Below are positions 1 to 10,599 of a stretch of DNA of 64,000 nucleotides, one piece after another (positions within the stretch are counted from its first letter, which is position 1; each line of letters begins with the position of its first letter). The stretch is taken from NCBI GenBank assembly GCA_036785375.1, contig JAWMAR010000562.1, positions 868,001 to 932,000 on the forward strand, in the 5' to 3' direction. The position numbers and the translations under genes were made by a program. This DNA comes from Leucoraja ocellata. Lineage: Eukaryota. The notes under the pieces are model-generated. The model had not been told where the DNA came from. It saw only the letters and a program-made list of their open reading frames with translations, and did no database searches.

Positions 1-232
1 TTGGAAAGATGCATGAATAGGTAAAGAAGAGGAGAATAAAAAAGTGACCAGTATAGATAGGCATCTCAACCAGTATGGATGAGTTGGGCCACAGAGACTG
101 ATTCCGTGCTGTACAACTGTGACTATGTGACCTATTGGCTTTGAATCTTGGCTTTGAATAGCTGATTAAGATATCTTTTAATTTACTTGCGGAAAACAGA
201 TTCTTCTTTCTATTAACATAACTGGACTGAAA

Positions 233-790
233 GAGTCACAGAGTCATAGATTCCTACGTAGTGAAACAGGCCCTTCAGCCTAACTTGCCCATACCGTCCA
301 ACATGTTCCAGTTACACTAGTCCCACCTGCCCATATCCCTCCAAACCTGTCCTGGTCCATATCCCTCCACACCTGTCCTATCCATTTACCTGTCTAACTG
401 CTTCTTACATGTTGGGATAGTCCCAGCCTCAACTACCTCATCTGGCAGCTTGTTCGATACACCCACAACCAGATACCTATTACATCTTTTCCCCTTCTTC
501 TTAAATTGATGTCCTCTGGTCCTTGATTCAAAGATCCTGGGCAAGAGACCCTGTGCATTTACACAATTTATTCCTCTAATGATTTTATACACCTCTATAA
601 GATCACCCCTCATCCTCATGCACTCCAGGGAACAGAGTCCCAGCCTACTCAACTCCATATAGCCGAGACCCTCTAGTCTTGGCAACATCTTCATAAATCT
701 TCTCTGTACCCTTTTCAGCTTGACAGCATCTTTCCTATAACATGGTGCCCAGAACTGAACACAATACTCGAAACGCAGTCTCACTGCAGT
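233..790 (-). mobile_element. CR1-clade LINE 3' fragment (copy at ~43502-44059)
   Basis: ORF 386-784 reads EYCVQFWAP..RVQRRF..RGDLIEVYKI..RTRGH, the CR1 ORF2 C-terminus, followed by a short tandem tail. Confidence 0.9.
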
Positions 791-962
791 GTCAGTTGCT
801 TTCCTACTTTCATTACTGTAGGCAAATAATTAGTGTGTGGGAAATGAACAGTGAAGTGGACCAGTTGCATTGTTTTTGAAGGCACTGTTGGGCTTGATGG
901 ACTGAATAGCCTAACTGCGTGGAATTAGCGTCTGATTCTGTGAGTACGTTTTCAGTGGGTAA

Positions 963-2560
963 GTGGCGGCATGTAGACGCAGCGTTAGAGTTGCTGACTT
1001 ACAGCTCTTGCAGTGCCAGAGACCCGGGTTTCATCCCGACTACGGGGGCTGTCTGTATGGAGTTTGTACGTTCTCCCCGTGACCGCGTGGGCTTTCTCCG
1101 CGATCTTCTGTTTCCTCACACTCTCCAAACACATACAGGTTTGTAGGTTGTGACTTGGTATAAGTGTAAATTGTCCCTAGAGTGTGTAGGATTGTGTTCA
1201 TTAGCTTGGTAAGATTTTAGAGTCCATTATCAAGGATGAAGGTATGGAGTACTTGGATGTTCACAATATAATAGGGCAAAGTCAGCAAGGCTTTGTCAAG
1301 GGGAGGTCTTGACTGACAAATTTGCAGGAATTCTTTGAAGAAGTAAATAGCAGGACAGACAAAGGAGAGTCAGTAGATGTTGTTTACCCAGATTTTCAGA
1401 AAGCCTTTGATAAGGTGCCACATGGGAGGCTGTTAAGGAAAATGAGAGCCCATGGTATCATAGATCTGGTACTAGCAGAGATATCAGGATGGCAGAAGGC
1501 AAAGTGTGGCTTTGGCTGCCAGTGACCAGCAGAGTTCCACAAGGCTCAGTGCTGGGACACTGCTCTTCACGTTGTACATTTATAATTTCGATGAGGGGAT
1601 TGAAGGCTTTGTGGCCAAGTTTGTGGCTAATACGAAAAAAGATGCAGGGGCAAGTAGTGTAGAGAAAGCAGGGATTCTGCAGAAGGACTTGGATAGGTTG
1701 AGAGAGTGGGCAGAGAAGTGGCAAATGGAACATAGTGTAGCAAAGTCATGCGCTTTGGTAGTAGTAATAAAGGTGTAGATTATTTTCTTAACTGGTGCAG
1801 GATTCCCAAAAAGTTAAACTGCAAGTCGAATCAGTAGTAAAGAAAGCAAACGCAATGCTAGCATTTATTTCGAGAGGGCTTGTATATAAAAACAGGGATG
1901 TAATGCTGAGGCTCTATAAGGTGCTGTCAGGCCGCATTTGGAATATTGCAAGCAATTTTGGGCACTATATCTGAGGAAGGATATGCTGGCTCTGGAGAGT
2001 GATCCCAGGAATGAGTAGGTTAACCTATGATGAGTGTTTGTCAGCACTGGGCCTCTACTCGCTGGGGTCTAGTGGAATGAGGGGGGACCTCATTGAAACG
2101 TACAGAATAATGACAGGCTTGGATAGTGAATGTGGAGAGGATGTTTCCACTAGAGGGGGAGTCTAGGACTAGAGGTCATAGCCTCAGAATTAAAGGTTGA
2201 TATTTCAGGAAGAGGATGAGGAGGAATTTCTTTAGTCAGAGGGTGGTGACTCTGTGGAATTCTTTGCCACAGAAGACTGTGGGGGCAAAGACAGTGGATA
2301 TATTTAAGGCAGAGAGAGATAGATTCTTGATTTGTACTAGTTTCAGAGGTTATGGGGAGGAGGCAGGAGAATGGGGTTAGGAGGGAGAGATAGGTCATTC
2401 ATGATTGAATGGCAGAGTAGACTTGATGGGCCGAATGGCCTAATTCTTCTCCTATCACTTATGATCTTATGAATCTATGGGGATCGCTGGTTGGTGCAGA
2501 CTCAGTGGGCCAACATGCCTGTTTCCGTTCAGTATCCTGAAACTAAACTAAACTAAAACT
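963..2560 (+). mobile_element. tRNA-derived V-SINE (HE1-like) split by a degenerate CR1 RT fragment (~1205-2475); copy at ~44239-45836
   Basis: tRNA-like head and V-domain 'ggagtttgtacgttctccccgtgaccgcgtggg' at 963-1200. CR1 motifs DFQKAFDKVPH and a 'ttatga' tail follow. The SINE tail 'ggggatcgctgg...(ctaaa)n' resumes at 2477. Confidence 0.85.
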
Positions 2561-2778
2561 GCTGGGTTTCAATGAAAGATCATTGATCTGAAACATTGAA
2601 TCTGTTTTCCTCTGTCCATGGTCGCTACCTGACTTATTGAGGATTTGTATTGTGCTTCCAGATACCCAGCATCTGATATCTTGTGTTGTTGCACCTCCTC
2701 ATCTTTGAAGCTGCTTTATTAAATCTCCTTTTTACCTTCCAATGCGGAGAGGCCAGATTGGGGGATTTGCGTAGGTTA

Positions 2779-3205
2779 TAATAATAATAATAAATTTTAT
2801 TCATGGGTGCCTTTCAAGAGTCTCAAGGACACCTTACAAAAATTTAGCAGGTAGAGGAAAAACATGTAAGGGGAATGAAATAAATAGTAGAGACATGACT
2901 AGTACACAAAGTAAAGACAGAATTCAATACAAAACACAATATGAGGCAATTCAAGCAGATGAAAAGGGAGGGGGACGTGGGGCTAAGGATAGGCAGAGGT
3001 GAAGAGATGGGTCTTGAGGCGGGACTGGAAGATGGTGAGGGACACGGAATTGCGGATCAGTTGGGGGAAGGAGTTCCAGAGCCTGGGAGCTGCCCTGGAG
3101 AAGGCTCTGTCCCCCAAACTGCGGAGTGGATGGACTTGTGGATGGAGAGGAGACCGGCTGATGTGGATTCTGAGGGACCGTGAGGGTTGGTAGGGGGAGA
3201 GGAGA
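2779..3205 (-). mobile_element. L2-clade LINE 3' end (copy ~46055-46485)
   Basis: The minus strand reads GDRAFSRAAPRLWNSLP..FQSRLKTHLF and ends in a (TTA)n tail. Confidence 0.8.
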
Positions 3206-4367
3206 GGTTAGGCATTGGTCCTTTTTTATATGCCCTTAAAGCCGAGAATCCGATATGTTTTATTAGCCTCGTCATTAACCTGGCCAGTCACCTTTACGGA
3301 TTGGTGAACATCACCAGATCTCTCTCTTTCAACAAGCCCTGTAAAATTATCCCATTTATATCTTCATAAATTGAACTTTTCTGCTTCTGCCGATCATTAG
3401 ATCGTATTCATAAAGGTTGAGTAGATCACCACAATCTATGTTTTTTTTTTTTTAATTTGAGAACCATAAAGGCTGGCATTGTTGAACCAATTAACGCAAA
3501 CTGTATTCAAGCATAATCACGATTTATTTATTTAAGGCAACATTTTGAATTAAGCTGTATAAATATATCCCGTGTGACAGGAGATGAAAAAGGCTCATCA
3601 GGTTTTCTTGAAACTTCACTGAGCAACATGATTAATGTGAAGAAGTTAATTATAATTCAATAGAACCATAAATATAAGTCAATGCTCCAGTAATTTAAGA
3701 CTCAATGCTTGACAATGAAAGGAGATGATGCAGGTACAATTCAGAACAGCTGATCCCAAATAAAAAGATTCTAATTAATAATGACCTACTACTTAAGGTG
3801 ACAATTACTTTACAAATTCTTAAGGTGTTTGGAATTCTGCAAATGATTCTAAACTCTGCTCCTGGCCTCAATAGAATTGGTGAATCAATGAGAATAAACC
3901 TCAGAGCCAGGCACAATGTTCGCACATGGGAGGATCACTTTGATCGGACTAATTCCATGGCCCTGCCAGTGGGGATAACTGACCTTTGACCTGGACAGGA
4001 AAGATGTGTGGCCCATAACTGCATATTTTCATACGTATCTGGGTCTGTTAGCTGGTAATCGATGTGAGCGGAGAGATATTACTACGCTAACGTAGTTATA
4101 TAAGATGATATCTCATGGCTTGGGCAGCACCTTTGCCGACTGTTCATCGATCGATTGTCTTGCTGAGGTGCTAAGTATTGAATCTGCAACCTCCATCTGC
4201 TGGGGGTGAATTTACACAGAGGTTGGAATTGGAGCATCCATTGTAAATTGTATTGTAGCCATGTACTTTCATTCACCTTTCAATATTGCAAGTCATATAC
4301 CATTTTGTTGCCTCCCACAGTGTTTTCTACTCTCTCCATTAGCCGAGGCCTTATTTCTAATTGATAT

Positions 4368-4462
4368 CTGAAGAAGGGTCTCGACCCGAAACGTTACCTA
4401 TTCCTTTTCTCCAGAGATGCTGTCTGACCGGTTGAGTTACTCCAGCTTTTTGTGTCTTTCTT
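4368..4462 (+). mobile_element. Penelope terminal-repeat remnant with minimal hammerhead motif
   Basis: CTGAAGA-AGGGTCTCGACCC-GAAAC-GTT, then 'ccagagatgctg...gagttactccagc'. Homologous to the 3' end of the Penelope at 51175-51310. Confidence 0.8.
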
Positions 4463-4807
4463 TCTTGATGGAGCTGGCCACTGCCATTAAGTGCCGTCCA
4501 CAGTCCGTAAACTCCGGCCTTTTCAAGGGTCACGTTCAGAGTGACTATCTCTGACTCTCTGTGCACTTCAGCTGGTTAGCTGGGTCCGAACATCGACTAA
4601 GTTTCAACAGGTATAGTGTGAAGACCCCAGCCTGACATGGTCAACAGTTTGGCCTTGACTGAAGGCAAAGCTATGGGACGAGCATTGGCTTTCTGCCAAA
4701 GCAGCCATAGATTCCCTTATTCCCATACAAACGTTATTCCCTTATCATCTATCTAAACGCTGTAAATGGCCCGATTGTAATTATGTATTGTCTTTCCGCT
4801 GACTGAC

Positions 4808-5237
4808 ACTTGGGCTTGTACACTCTGGAGTTTAGAAGGAAGAGAGGAGATCTCATTGAAACATATAAGATTGTTAAGGGTTTGGACACGCCAGAGGCAG
4901 GAAACATGTTCCCGATGTTGGGGGAGTCCAGAATTAGGGGCCACAGTTTAAGAATAAGGAGTAAGCCATTTAGAACGGAGACGAGGAAACACTTTTTCTC
5001 ACAGAGAGTGGTGAGTCTGTGGAATTCTTTGCCTCAGAGGGCCGCGGAGGCAGGTTCTCTGGATGCTTTCAAGAGAGAGCTAGATAGGGCTCTTAAAGAT
5101 AGCAGAGTCAGGGGATATGGGGGAGAGGGCAGGAACGGGGTACTGATTGGGGATGATCAGCCATGATCACATTGAATGGCGGTGCTGGCTCGAAGGGCCG
5201 AATGGCCTACTCCTGCACCTATTGTCTATTGTCTATT
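4808..5237 (+). mobile_element. CR1 3' fragment nested in a Rex1/Babar-like LINE tail (~4720-5300)
   Basis: ORF 4810-5166 reads LYTLEFRR..HFFSQRVVSLWNSLP, with a (ctattgt)n tail. In copy 2 it is flanked by a 'gcaaca' direct repeat. Confidence 0.85.
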
Positions 5238-5811
5238 GCAACAAAAAGCTTTTCACTGTATCTCGGTACACATGACAATAAACTAAACTGAACTGAACTG
5301 AAAGACGCTAACAATTTTAAATAATTTTGACTTTTGGAAACTTCTAAAAATATATATATATATTTTTTTCCCCATTTCAAGTCCGTGGGCAGCTGCCGAT
5401 TAAAAAAAAATTTTTTTTATTTTAAATGGAATAAATTAATTAAACAAAATCAATTAAACACATGAAATAATTTGAAAATAATTAAAAATATAAAATTACA
5501 CCAAAATAATAAAAAAGGAAAATATCTTTCCCTTTGCCTCCTGAGCAGGTGTAAAACATCAATTTATTCAGCAGGATTTTGGATCTCCTGCTATGTCTGA
5601 CATGCAAAACGTGAAAGGAAATTCTCTTAACATTCTCTTAATGCTGGAATGTCACAGCGAGGCTAAACCTACTGCTGGGCTCCATGTGGAGTCCAACAAA
5701 GGAATGTGGTGCTTGTGAACCTGTCAGCAAGGTCACAGTGAGAGCGTTGAGCATTTTCCCCAGTTCACATGGTCACCACAAACACCAAGGTTCAGCTCAT
5801 TCTGAACTGAG

Positions 5812-6290
5812 GGCGGCATGGTTACCATGCCCCTGGAGACCTCGGTTCAGAAGCCTGACTACGGGTGTTCTGTGGTGCCATGTGAATGTGAGGGGAACAT
5901 GCTCAACGCTCTCACTGTGACCTGCGTGGGTTTTCTCTGAGATCTTCGGTTTACTCCCACACTCCAAAGACGTACAGGTTTGTAGGTTAAATGGCTTGGT
6001 GTAAAAGCAAAATTATCCCTAGTGCATGTAGGATAGTGTTCTTATCGAGTCCACACACACAAGATTAGAAGTTGTTCAGCCAGAGCTGAACACACTTCTC
6101 GGCATCTGCACACAATGGTGTCTGTCTTGTGCTTCTTGTACGTGGTGGTGGATAGATTGGCGGAAACAGGGCCGCGACTTGAATGCCCTTGACTTGACCC
6201 TAGGATAGTGTTAATGTGCGGGATCGCTGGTCAGTGCGGACTCGGTGGGCCGAAGAACCTGTTTCCGCAATGTATCTCTAAACTAAACTC
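5812..6290 (+). mobile_element. V-SINE carrying a 160-bp insertion (6041-6200) with 12-bp TSD TAGGATAGTGTT
   Basis: SINE body and ctaaa tail. TSD at 6029-6040 and 6201-6212. Confidence 0.85.
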
Positions 6291-6299
6291 ATTCAACTC

Positions 6300-6402
6300 A
6301 TAGGTCTGAAGCAGGGTCTCGACCCGAAATGTCACCCATTCCTTCTCTCCGGAGATCCTGCCTGTCCCGCTAAGTTACTCAGCATTTTGTGTCTATCTTC
6401 AG
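6300..6402 (+). mobile_element. Penelope terminal-repeat remnant, degenerate hammerhead
   Basis: ATAGGT-CTGAAGC-AGGGTCTCGACCC-GAAATGTC-ACCCAT followed by terminal-repeat sequence. Confidence 0.75.
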
Positions 6403-6782
6403 CTCATTGCTTTCTTCACGGGTCTCAATATTGCTAGTTGGGGAAGGTGGAGCTAACACAAGCTGTGTTACTGACAAAAGTATGTCATGTCTGTTTGACT
6501 TGTTTGATGTGAGGTATTTCTGGGTTTATTAAAATACGCTTTACAGATGAATGAGAGTGGATGCGATTATTGAAGCAGGAAGGAATTGTTAACTTTTCTA
6601 CACTAGCCAGTCATCCTTCAACTTAACAATCGAGAGTTTAAAAGCATCTGACAAGTAAATGTGCTAACAGTGGGGAAAGTATTGAATCAACGGAGCTTTC
6701 AAATGCCCTTTCAGCGGTTAATAGTGCTCAATATAGACACACAAAGCTGTAGTAGCTCAGCGGGACAGGCGACATCACTGCA

Positions 6783-7056
6783 GAGATACAGCGCGGAAAC
6801 AGGCCCTTCGGCACGCTGAGTCCACACCTACCAGCGATCCCCGCACACTAAAACTATCCTACACACACTAGGGACAATTTTGCATTTACACCAAGCCAAT
6901 TAACCTACAAACCTGTACGCCTTTGGATTGTGGGAGGAAATTGAAGATCTCAGAGAAAACCCACGCAGGTCACGGGGAGAACGTACAAACTCCGTACAGA
7001 CAGCGCCCGTAGGCAGGATCGAACCCAGGTCTCCGGCGCTGCGCCACCGTGCCGCA
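6783..7056 (-). mobile_element. V-SINE (HE1-like)
   Basis: Reverse-complement head 'gcggcacggtggcgcagcg', B-box-like 'gggttcgatcc', and V-domain. Confidence 0.88.
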
Positions 7057-7299
7057 CTCAGTTTAGAATGAGCTGGACCGTGGTGTCTGTGGTGACCATT
7101 TGAACTGAGAAACATGCTCAATGCTCCCACTGTGACTTTGCTGACAGATTCACAGGCACCACATTCTTTTGTTGGACTCCACATGGAGTCCAGCATCAAT
7201 GATTGGGGGACAACGTGCCTTTAAAATGTGAAATATTAGAAGACCTCCAATCTGATGGCCCATATTTGGACAGGATTTGAAATGCAATCTTTGCACAAG

Positions 7300-7446
7300 A
7301 TTGTCTCCTCAGCCGCCCAAACAGTCATAGCGTCTCTTTCTGGTCACCGCTGGGTTTTCAACATGTTGAACATTTTCGGCGACCTGCAACGACCTGTGAC
7401 GGGTGCCGGCAGTTGCCGAAAAAGTTGCGTAAGTGGGACATGCCCT
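7300..7446. mobile_element. Half PIF/Harbinger-type MITE (right TIR only)
   Basis: Palindromic centre 'ttttcaacatgttgaa' and terminus 'agtgggacatgccct', shared with the MITEs at 14260 and 16699. Confidence 0.65.
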
Positions 7447-7830
7447 TAGGCAACACCTCCAACCCAAGTGGGTCATGTTGGTGAGAGATTCAATTTCAGA
7501 AGCTTAGTTCTCAGGGCAAGTCTGTAATGATTTTATATTTCACAAGATGTGTCAAGTTAAGACTCTTGCTTCACAGATTAGGTTCAGTTTTGGTTTTATG
7601 TCGGGCAGCAAGGTGCTGCATTAAATTAGGACCCTCATTGTTGCAATGTAGTGCCACAATTACAATGCCACATTGCCTGTATGGTCTGATTCTCTCTCCA
7701 TGTCTACGCTGGTTCATCTCCCTATCTCTCTCTCTGTCTCTGTAGCACTCTCCCTCTCCCTCTCTGTCTCTCTTTCTATTCACCACCCACCCCCCCACCT
7801 CCACCTCCACCACCCCACTATAATGCTAAA

Positions 7831-7933
7831 TTGGCCTATTTCCTTCGCTCCATAGATGCTGCCGCACCTGCTGAGTTTCTCCAGCATTTTTGTCTACCTT
7901 CGATTTTCCAGCATCTGCAGTTCCTTCTTAACC
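7831..7933 (+). mobile_element. Penelope terminal-repeat 3' fragment with TSD ATAATGCTAAA
   Basis: Direct repeat at 7820-7830 and 7934-7944. The sequence is homologous to the reverse complement of 51180-51277. Confidence 0.8.
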
Positions 7934-8379
7934 ATAATGCTAAACAGCTTGCTTGAAGAAAGTCATCCATGTCTTAAGATATAGACAGGGTTGTTCAGGG
8001 ATGCAATGAAGAGTTGCCATAACAAAGCAACTGTGATTGAAACAAATAGGGAGGCCCATCCATGATGGACACTGCTATCCCACCATGGACGGAGTTTCAC
8101 GATTCATTTCATGTTTATAAAGATGTTATTAAAAAAACAACCTCATTCTTTGGCCTCCAAACTTTAATCTCTGTTATAATACTTTTGTTATTGATAATGT
8201 CATACTTCTTCCCTTGGTTTTAACCCAAGATTACAAAATATTGTTTTGAACAAGTTCACGTCCCTGCATTTCCATTGACTGCCAACTCATGTAACCGGTT
8301 CTATCCACGAACATCCAAATTGTTGAATTCTTCATCTCTCAGTCATCCAGCTACTGTTTGAAGACTGATAATTGGGTTG

Positions 8380-8948
8380 GAGGATTGAGGGGTTGATTAG
8401 CGTGGGCAGTTGTGGGGCGGAAAGAGAGTGGGGAGGATGAGAGGGGCGTGGGGCGGGGGGGGGGGGGGGACAAGGTTCAGGAGTTGGGATACTGATGGTG
8501 GTGGAGCACTAACTGAGGGATGCGGATGGAGAATAGGGTGGGGATAAGGATAGGATGATGAGGTTAGTGATGGGGTGGGACACAGAGATGGGGGCGGGAG
8601 GGTGAATAATGAGGTCTGGGAGTTCAGATAGTGATGAGATGGGCACAAGGTGAGGGGGGATGAGACTGGAGAATGGGATAGTGATGAGGGTGGGGAGCAC
8701 GGCACAAACAAGGGTGAATGATGAGGCTTGGGGGTTGGGAAAGTGACCGGGTGGGCACCAACAGGCAGATAGGACTCAAGAATAGGGTGGGGATGAGGGT
8801 GGGATGATGAGAGTGATGGAGTGGGACCCAGAGCTGGGGGGATGAAGATGGAGAATAGGGTGTGGATTAGGATAGTGATCGGGTGGGACACAGAGCTGGG
8901 AGATTGAGGTGGAGAATAAGTCGGAGATGAGGGTAGCAAGATGAGATG
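8380..8948 (+). repeat. G/A-rich degenerate minisatellite
   Basis: Recurring blocks 'gatggagaatagggtg', 'gggtgggacacagag' and 'gatgatgag'. Similar sequence continues at 9250-9370 and 9849-9960. Confidence 0.7.
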
Positions 8949-8949
8949 A

Positions 8950-9245
8950 GTTTAGTTTAGTTTGGTTTAGAGATACAGCGCGGGCTGACCAGTGATCCCT
9001 GCACATTAACACTATCCTACACACTAGATGCTATTTTTACATTTTCTTTTAAAGCCAATTAACCTACAAATCTGTGCGTCTTTGGATTGTGGGAGGAAAG
9101 TGAAGGTTTTGGGAAAAACCCCACATAGGTCACGGGGAGAACGTACAAACTCCGTACATGCAGCCCCCGTAGTCGGGATCAAACCCGGATCTACGGCGCT
9201 GCATTCATTGTAAGGCAGCAACTCTACCGCTGCACCCATGTGCCA
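8950..9245 (-). mobile_element. V-SINE (HE1-like)
   Basis: (tttag)n tail, V-domain and tRNA-like head on the minus strand. Confidence 0.88.
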
Positions 9246-9370
9246 TAACCGTGAGTGATGGGGTGTGACGCAGGGCCGGGGGAATGAGGGTGAGCAGCAT
9301 TGGGATGGGGGTGGGGTAGATAATGCAGTGCAGATTGAGGACTGGGAGTCAGACTGTGCTGAGGGCAGGC

Positions 9371-9848
9371 TAGGGTTGCCAACATTGGGCTAATTGGTTT
9401 GTCCCATACGGGACCGCCCTTGTCCCGTATTTGGCTGCTACTACTCGGGTCCAGGAGACTGTCGGGTCGGAGGGCCGCGTCTGGCCCCGCCTCACCCATT
9501 CCGACGTAGTGCAGCCCATGGAGTGCAGCAGCAGCGCCTCGCCCGTGGCCCCGTCGGTCGGCAGGCCGGCCAGCTGTCCGACCTTCGGACCTTCGCTTAC
9601 CGCCAACACCACCGCCCCTCCTTCGTCGGTTCATGAGTTGGATGGTATGCTGGACTTTGCACGCGACATCGCGCGGGTCAAAACTCCTCAGCTGGCCCGC
9701 CGGCTGGGCTTTGTGTGCAGTCCAGCACCCGGGCCAACTCATCATTCTCCCAGCCACGGCCAAGTCGGTCAACGAATTGCCGTCGGGAATTTGTCCCTTG
9801 TTTTGACCTTTTCTTCCTTATTTGGGAGTGAGAAGGTTGGCAACCCTA
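9371..9848. mobile_element. Non-autonomous hAT-type DNA transposon (copy 54091-54568)
   Basis: 13-bp TIRs TAGGGTTGCCAAC / GTTGGCAACCCTA, an 8-bp TSD GGGCAGGC/GGGCAGGG (7/8 match), and a CpG-rich interior. Confidence 0.85.
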
Positions 9849-10585
9849 GGGCAGGGAGTGAGGCAGATAGTAGAATGGAGGATGAGCATAGGTTGGGAGA
9901 TGTTGAGGGTGAAGGTCGGGCATTGACAACAGCGGTATGTCAGTGATGGAGAGAAATGGGGGTCACCATGCAACGTTATGTCTGGCATGTGGCTGGAGGG
10001 AAATTGATGTCCCATATTCTTCGACAGATGCCAGGTCAAAGACAGGCCACTAACTAACAGTGATGTTGGCTTCAGTCCACTGTTTAAAACCCGATTCACT
10101 GTTCTCCTGGGCTATGTACGAGCAGCAGAATTTTACACAAGGTTGTCAAAGGAACACCATCTAACATCACTCAGACTGCTGAGTAGCCTTTGTATTGCTG
10201 TGCACCGCATACACAGAAGTGTTGGGAACAACATTCTCCTCTGTTGTCTGAAAATGATCCTCAAAACCCTGTGCTAAGTGGTCAGAAAGTGGTGGTCAAC
10301 AAACCACCTAATAATATGCAATGTGGCAGTTCAGATGACTGGTTATATTAGCACAAGATTTTCAGGTTATTATTAGGGTGAGTTGAGTGGGGACTAGATT
10401 AATTTTTCACTCACTACTTATGGTTAATATTCATGGACTAGTCAAGTTAAAAGAGCCATTTAATGTAACGATCTGTATTTGAGCACCAGGGTATTATGAT
10501 ACCTAGGTCTGCTGAGGTTTCTGCAAGTAATGCTTAAGAAATGTTTTCGTGTAGAACTGCATTACCATCCAGTACACGATGCCAT

Positions 10586-10599
10586 GTTGCCATGGTTAC
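10586..10599 (-). promoter_or_regulatory. RFX X-box motif (copy 55315-55328)
   Basis: Minus strand GTAACCATGGCAAC matches GTNRCC-N2-RGYAAC exactly. It lies in unique sequence that is nearly invariant between the two copies. Confidence 0.45.

Noticed and set aside
963-1045. tRNA-like sequences at SINE heads
   Set aside because: They are degenerate Pol III heads continuous with the V-domain, not complete tRNA genes.
8397-8939. 180-aa Pro/Ser/His-rich ORF (198 aa at 53063-53659)
   Set aside because: It is the translation of a low-complexity G-rich minisatellite, and the frame differs between copies.
9224-9946. Overlapping 171-182 aa ORFs
   Set aside because: They span a GC-rich non-autonomous hAT element and its flanks, with no transposase motifs.
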